A DNA stretch of 64,000 nt, taken from Bilabrum cf. latius (lineage: Eukaryota). Position numbers and translations under genes: made by a program. Each line of letters starts with the position of its first letter. The stretch's first letter is position 1. The stretch is taken from the NCBI GenBank assembly GCA_965178125.1, contig OZ237751.1, positions 248,001 to 312,000 of the forward strand, read 5' to 3'. Positions 58,146-64,000 of the stretch are shown piece after piece. The notes under the pieces are model-generated. The model made no database searches. It was not told the DNA's origin and saw nothing but the letters and a program-made list of their open reading frames with translations.

Positions 58146-61052
58146 TCACGCCAGCTCGACGGCACTTGGCTTACGCAGCGAACACTCTGACGAGAAATGA
58201 ATAGCCAAGACCTGAGCTTGCCACGCGTCCAAGCGCACCCACATCCCTGGTGGCAGGTGACCTGCACAACCTCCCGCCACGTCGATGAAATCCCGCCAGA
58301 TCGAGTTGACTGGACGCACATACATGTTCTTTCCCTTATCAACGATCGTGGATACTCCAGCTCCGTGAAGCTGCTCGACCACAGGGACTACTGTGTCCTC
58401 AAATCGAATGCTGGCGCTGTCGCCAGAAGCAGCCGCGAGGCACTGATTGAATCCGAGCCCAGGGGGGGCCAACTGATCTGGTCCAGGCTCTCGGCTTGCA
58501 ACAGCATCACAAGCAGCTGTAGGCCAGCTTCCATCCTCAGCTGGCAGCCTCGTGGCATCGGTATGCACCTGCGTGGCAGAGCCAGGGCTACCATCAGTGC
58601 CAGCGCTCCCGATCGGTAGATCCACTATGCTCGCATTGGACGCGCTCGCGCCATCCTGTACAGGCTTAGACCGCTCGTACAGAGCTTCCCGCCAATCCAA
58701 GAAAAACTCCGCGGGGCGGCTGGATAAGTTCACCAGCACAAGGGTGGCTTGTACTGCCGAGTAGTCAGCTCGAGCTCCACCTGGCTTCTCGCTAGGCTCC
58801 ATCAGGGGGCTATCGCTCATGTAAGACCACGCAAGCATGGCCATTACGCGATCAGGGGCATTCATTGCATCACGTGACTCACCGCCGGAACGGACAGGCA
58901 GGTAGGTACGGTACCCACCGACTATTTCAGGACGCCGAGCAGCTGCGAGCAGCTAAGCATACACGCGCCGCGTAGGCTGGTGCACCGGCTCTGGATGCCG
59001 CGCTCCATCTGCATGCATACTGTGCTTGATGAAACGGCCGCTCATCTGCCCATCATGCACAAAACGAGCGCCACTGCATCCTATGAGCGCAGCTACAGCG
59101 CAGGCGAAGTGCGGAGTGAAATGGCTCGGTATCGTGACACCCGTCGAGGCATCTATTGATTTAGCGAGCGGGCCGAACATGGCTGCAGCGCGTTGCTCAT
59201 CGTGATTCTCCAGAAACCTCACGCAGCGCAGAGAATATCTAGCATCTGCGCCGCTAATGTGTCCCAGCACGCTTTGGCTTGCCATCCCTGTAGCCTCTCC
59301 AGGTGCCGCCCGCACGGCGGTCAGTAGCCGGTCATAGAGCTTCTTATCATACGTCCAGTCAAAACCACAGCGCTGCAGCAGATACTCGGTGTCAGAATAT
59401 GCTTCTGCCATGAAGAAGAAAGCCTCGTCGCGAGGTTGAGGCCGAGGCTTGTCGTCAACAACCTCTTCTGCAACGCCAGCTGGTGCCAGCGAGGGCGCAC
59501 TGCCAGTGCCGGCACGACGAGCGCAATCACCAAACTCAGCACAATCATCGGTGCATCTTGCCCCACTTGCAGGTATTGCAGAGGCTGCCTAGCGAGCAGC
59601 CCGAACGGCAGTTATGGCTACAGGCCAATACTCGGCAAGAACGTCTGCAGAATCGGCTGCGTGGCCAGCACCGCCTGGATATGAGACAACCGTGCGTGCT
59701 TCGTGCAGGGAGAACGGGATGGAATCAGCAGCATATGACCACCAAGGTGCCGCGGCAGACTTGCTCGTTCCGGTGGATACTGGTGCTGTGTTTGGTCCCA
59801 CCGAAGGTACTGCTGGTTCGACGTCGCGGCCATCTGTGCGCCGATCCTCCTCACTTCCCTTAGAGCCAAGCTATGGGCCATGGCCCACCGATGAGGCCGC
59901 TGCGATACTATCACGCGCAATACTTGACATTTCTTGTTGCCATTGCAGCACCAAGTCAGCTTCGTTGATAGGCTCGTCAGACCCGGAGGACGTTTCTCCA
60001 TCGGAGCTACTGGCCGCTGCAGGGGCAAGAACTCGTTTGCGCGACTGTACCAGTTTCCGCATGCTAGCAAGGGCTGCTTCTCTCTGCCCTTCCTTCCAAT
60101 CCTAGTTGCCGAGTATCTTGCCGCTAAGGCACGCCAGTCGCTGCCCATCCGGCTGATGAGCAGACCACGCGGCATGAAACCTCTCGTTGAGCTGAAGCAT
60201 CGCCATGTCGCAACGGACGCCATCTGCGAGGCCGCGCCCGTCGGGCCCGTAGCAAGCAATTTTAAGCAGCACGCGCAGCATCCTTCGACGCAGGTCTGTG
60301 CTAAAGTAGTTGAGCTGCAGCGTGTCGTGCCAGGCCGACCGGCCGCCCTCGCCACCGTGTGCGATGCAAGCAATTGGGACCCTCCGGGTCGCTGGTGACG
60401 AGTCGCTGCCATCCAATGTCGAGTTTTGTTTGCGCATATGCATACTTGGTTCCTCGTGCATGCCAACAAACGGCGGCATTGCCTGCAGCAGCGAGCCCGG
60501 GGATGGCACTGCTGGCGCAGCCGAGCTACTGTGGGCCTCTGTGCTGCGCGGCGCAACTTTCGTCGGATCAAACCACGCCCCGGCACTTCTTTGTGTAGCT
60601 AATTTAGCCCCACCGCGATGGGTGCCTACTGGCGCACTTATTGCGCAGTGCCGCAGCTGGATCCCGAGTGGATGATCCGCAGCGAGGTGATTCGGTATGA
60701 AGTCTAAGATCAGGCGCAAGCCCACTGCATTACAGCGTGCATGAAATCTATGCATGGCAATATCACCCCCGAGGGACTCTGCGACGCTGTACTCGTAAAC
60801 AGCGAACGGGCTCGATGCAGGAGCTGCGTGGGCAACCTCGGTAGCGTCACGGACTGCTGCAGCGGAGTGAGCCAGTCCAAATTGCCCCGTCGTCCACACA
60901 CCAAGCAAGTATAACATTGTGAAGCCTGCTCCTGCAATGCTTGCCAAATACTCAGATGGTATGTCATCAAGAGTGCTGGGGTTGCCCGATGCAGCTTCAA
61001 GTCGGTGAAGCAAGCTAGATGCCCGGACCTGCAACACCATCGGACTGGACAT
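58146..61052 (-). CDS. Glycoside hydrolase family 13 (alpha-amylase fold), uncharacterised bacterial-type subfamily; intronless, about 968 aa
   Basis: TLDDIP, LYLLGVW, SPFAV, LGGD, LILDFIPNHLAADHP, WHDTLQLNY, DGVRCDMAML (nucleophile D), FMAEAYS (acid/base E), GFDWTYDKKLYDRL, RFLENHDEQRA (third acid D). TAGs at 60102, 59871, 59589 and 58953 separate these motifs; ends at TGA 58146-58148. Confidence 0.85.
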
Positions 61053-61522
61053 GGTAGAAAGGGCTAAGTATATACAACGAGACTGGCGCGTACCGGCTGT
61101 TCAGCCAGCGTATGCGATTTTAAGTTGGCGATTTTCACATTCATCATTCGAATTTGTGTAACCCACTGTCTTTCGAATCTATTTTCCGAGCACCAAGCAA
61201 CGTAAGTCAAGCGCGTGAAGTTTCACGTTTGGAGCGGTATCGTGAACGTCTCCGTATCAGCCCCTGTCACAGAAAGCGATCCTCCGCAACCCCACTAATC
61301 TTCCCGCCGATTCTCAGCCCTCTCGCCCGGCAGCAAAGACTCAACCCCGCTCGAGTCGCCGTGGTAGAACGCTACTACTAACCGTGTCCGCGTTCGACTA
61401 CGTGAACGTCACATCCAGCCCGCACGAGTTGATCGGAACGGTGACCACCCGCCTGTTAGGTGTGAGCCACGCGGCCCCTCTGACTGCCCGCGCGGCTGCA
61501 ATTCCAAGGCAGGATTAGGTAG

Positions 61523-62219
61523 TCAGGATAGCACGCAACCGCCAGTGGCCGGTGTGGCACCACCATCAGATTCTGTCACGGGCGGTGGTGCGGCGCCCAC
61601 TGACAGAGCCTGTGCCTTGGTCAAGCTGTCCAAAAACTGCACGCACTCATCGTGCCCGCCAAGCCTGGCTGCCTCGAGGGGATCCACAGTCCACAGCTTG
61701 CCAGTCGCGTCACGCGCAACGCCCTTGATCCACAGACCACCAGCTAGCTTTCCGAGCCGCAGTCGAACGCGTGGAGACGTATCGATAGCCTATTGAGTAA
61801 AGAAATGCAACAGCGGAGGTAGGCATCCATGCTTACATCAGTAGTGACAGCGTTCACGTTTGCGCGGGCACGAATAAGCACCAGAGAGCACTGCAGATCG
61901 ACGCGTTCTGCAGCCATGTGCATTGGTGTGTAGCCTTCCTGCGGTATAAACCATGGTAGGTTGGAAAGGCCCAAATAATCTACGTCTCGCCCATCGTTCG
62001 CACCGCAACACCTTCAGCTCACGTTGTTACAGCAGCTGGGGTTCTCTCCGCCATCCAACTCAATACTTAGCTGATTGGCATCATTTTTCCGAATCAGATC
62101 AAACAGTACGGAATGTCTGTGGGTGCATGCGAGGATCAGCAAAGGTCTCGTCTGGAGCTACAAGCGGGCAAGAACAGCAAGCGGCGACTCTAATTCGCCG
62201 AAACATACCTGTCCATCAT
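61523..62219 (-). CDS. Small ankyrin-repeat protein ending in a CaaX box (CVLS)
   Basis: Exons give MMDR|HSVLFDLIRKND...NN|EGYTPMHMAAERVDLQCSLVLIRARANVNAVTTD|...PLEAARLGGHDECVQFL...GGCVLS then TGA. Introns 62117-62208 and 61939-62022, plus a third with donor at 61836 (acceptor uncertain). Confidence 0.65.
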
Positions 62220-62343
62220 GCAACAGGTAGCATTGCGTGCCGAGCGATAGCCTTCATGTTGAAAAAGGTGTTTGCAACGAAAGCCGAAGAGGGCGAGAAC
62301 CAATTCTGCGAAGACACCGATTTTATTGTAATAAAGGCAGACG

Positions 62344-64000
62344 ATGTCAGCTACGGCTCCTGCTTCGGGAGGAAGTGATATTCTTGATACTATATGCCAG
62401 CAGCGCGGGCTAGATGTAGCGAGTGCAAAGGAGAAAGTCCCAGTAGAGGAGTTGATCGCAAGGCGGGATAGCAAGTACAGTCCGGACAGCATCAGAACGA
62501 TCCTGGATGTTTGCAAGCAAGGAGCTCCTGGGGGGATGGTTGCAGCTGAGTTTAAGAGAGCGTCTCCTAGCAAGAGTGATATCGCGTTGGGCCTCGATGT
62601 TGCTGGTAAGAACAGTATCTCCAGGGCCGCATACGTCACGACCATTGGCGCGGTACCAATCTATGATCTGTCTTACAGTCTTTTTCGCAGAACAAACACT
62701 CAAGTACGCCAGGGGGGGTGCCACCGTTCTTAGCGTGCTAACTGAGCCCAAATGGTTCAAGGGATCGCTTGTAGACTTGGAGCTAGCAAGACAGTCCAGC
62801 GAGGCTGCGCTAGGCAAGTCTCGGCCGTGTATGCTTCGGAAAGACTTTATCATTGATACGTACCAAATCGCCGAGGCCGCTGCATTTGGTGCAGATTGCG
62901 TGCTGCTGATCGTCTCGTGGCTTCGCACTGCCGACAAGGTGAAACCACTGATCGAGTACTCGAGGTCGCTAGGAATCGAGCCTCTTGTTGAAGTTCACAC
63001 AGAGGATGAAGCAGATGTAGCCCTGGCTAGCGGTGCCAAGGTGATTGGAGTGAACAACCGCAACCTGAAGACGTTCAAGGTTGACCTCGGCACCACGGGC
63101 AGGATCGCAGCCCACCTCGCGAGGTCCCCCGGTTGCAACCTCGCGAGGAACAAGGGCGAGGACGGCATCCACGTCATCAGCCTGTCTGGGATCCGCAGCG
63201 CCGACGATTTCGGCGACGTTCTGGGAAGCGCCGAGGGCCAGCCAGTGAGGGGCATACTCGTGGGCGAGCACCTCATGCGGGCAAGTGATCCGACCGAGGA
63301 GGTCGCGGGGCTGCTACGGGGGGTGAGTGAGAAGCTTCGCGCCGCGTCGGTGTCGAGAGACGGTGGCGGTACTGACGCTGCAGCCGCGGAAGTGGCCGCG
63401 GCCGCGGCCGCGGCTAGAGAATCGGCCAGCTTGTGCAAGGTGTGCGGGGTGCGGAGGGAGGAGGACGCCATGGCGGTTGCAACCTCTGGATCGGATCTGC
63501 TGGGTCTGGTATTTGCGACCAAGTCGCCCCGCTGCGTGACCGTGGAACAGGCCGCCGCGATCGCATCCAAGGTGCGCGCCTATCGAGAGCAGGACCCGGC
63601 ACCCCTCTTGCGCACGGCCCGAGGGTGGGCCAGCCACGCCCTGCGGGGAGACGCTGCTGCCGTGGGTGTCCTGGCTGCAGATAGCCCCGGCGCGTCGTCT
63701 GGGGCCGCGGCCGGTGGGGCCAGTGCAGGTGCAGGTGCAGGTGCAGGCTCTTCGTCGGGCGGAGCCGCTGCCGCTGCCTCCCTCTCGTCCACTGATATGG
63801 CTGCCGCAGCCACAGCGATGCTGGCCTGGCAGCACGGCATCCAGCGGGCCAGTGCTCGGGCCAGGCCGCTCGTCGTGGGCGTGTTCGCGGGCCGGACCCC
63901 AGAGCAGATCGCCGCTGCGTGGGCGGGCAGCAGCATCGACGTCGTGCAGCTGCACGGGGGCGAGGGGCCGGATCAGATATCAGAAACCGCACGCTACATA
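62344..64000 (+). CDS. trpCF: Indole-3-glycerol phosphate synthase fused to phosphoribosylanthranilate isomerase (TrpC-TrpF); 3' end runs off the window
   Basis: IGPS motifs AEFKRASPSK, LSVLTEPKWFKGS, LRKDFIIDTYQI, GADCVLLIV, PLVEVH, IGVNNRNL, LVGEHLMR. PRAI motifs CKVCGV, LLGLVFATKSPRCV, VVGVF, DVVQLHG. Intron 62606-62690. Confidence 0.92.

Noticed and set aside
1-64000. Mass pseudogenisation, or C-to-T hypermutation (RIP/APOBEC-like), as the cause of the internal stops
   Set aside because: Such processes would also give TAA (from CAA) and TGA (from CGA), and decay would add frameshifts. Only TAG is seen, catalytic motifs are intact, and only one frameshift was found.
1-64000. TAGs as 3' splice acceptors of small in-frame introns
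   Set aside because: Most have no upstream GT donor or pyrimidine tract at intron distance, several are TAG-TAG doublets, and some sit within contiguous domain alignments (bromodomain, TPR, carrier). The real introns here have clear GTRAG-type donors and usually contain stops or shift the frame.
1-64000. A-to-I editing (UAG to UGG, Trp) or pyrrolysine decoding
   Set aside because: Aligned positions are Gln or polar residues, not Trp. Sites are numerous and spread over unrelated proteins. Pyrrolysine machinery is prokaryotic and none is visible here.
1-64000. Suppressor tRNA-Gln(CUA) gene within the window
   Set aside because: I scanned intergenic regions by eye for A/B boxes and a CTCTAAA-type anticodon loop (e.g. 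near 27625) and found no cloverleaf. It needs a genome-wide tRNAscan-SE search.

Overview
Gene-dense eukaryotic (protist) nuclear DNA, fairly GC-rich, with short GT-AG introns (mostly about 85-135 bp) and about 19 protein-coding genes. The dominant signal is a non-standard genetic code. The ORF track is broken into fragments that abut in frame at TAG codons. Reading TAG as sense restores full-length conserved genes: RNase Z, a 10.1-kb BRWD/PHIP-like WD40-bromodomain gene, two Clu-domain paralogues, a Dispatched-like transporter, a SAM carrier, a GH13 enzyme and others. By hand count there are roughly 90-100 in-frame TAGs and no internal TAA or TGA in exons, and genes end at TGA or TAA. Paralogue and internal-repeat alignments put Gln at the TAG positions. 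The inferred code is UAG=Gln with UAA and UGA as stops (NCBI table 15-like), a rare uncoupling of UAG from UAA. The flagellar NME7 gene, the TrpC-TrpF fusion and the long Ala/Gly/Ser insertions suggest a heterotrophic stramenopile flagellate (Cafeteria/bicosoecid-like); this is inference only. Other features are a 2175-aa FG-GAP surface protein with four near-identical modules and a 36-bp mucin-like array, a six-copy tandem duplication spanning a stop codon, two intronless bacterial-type carbohydrate-enzyme-like genes, and a Clu paralogue with a frameshift and a foreign C-terminal domain. No tRNA, rRNA, CRISPR array or transposon was recognised.
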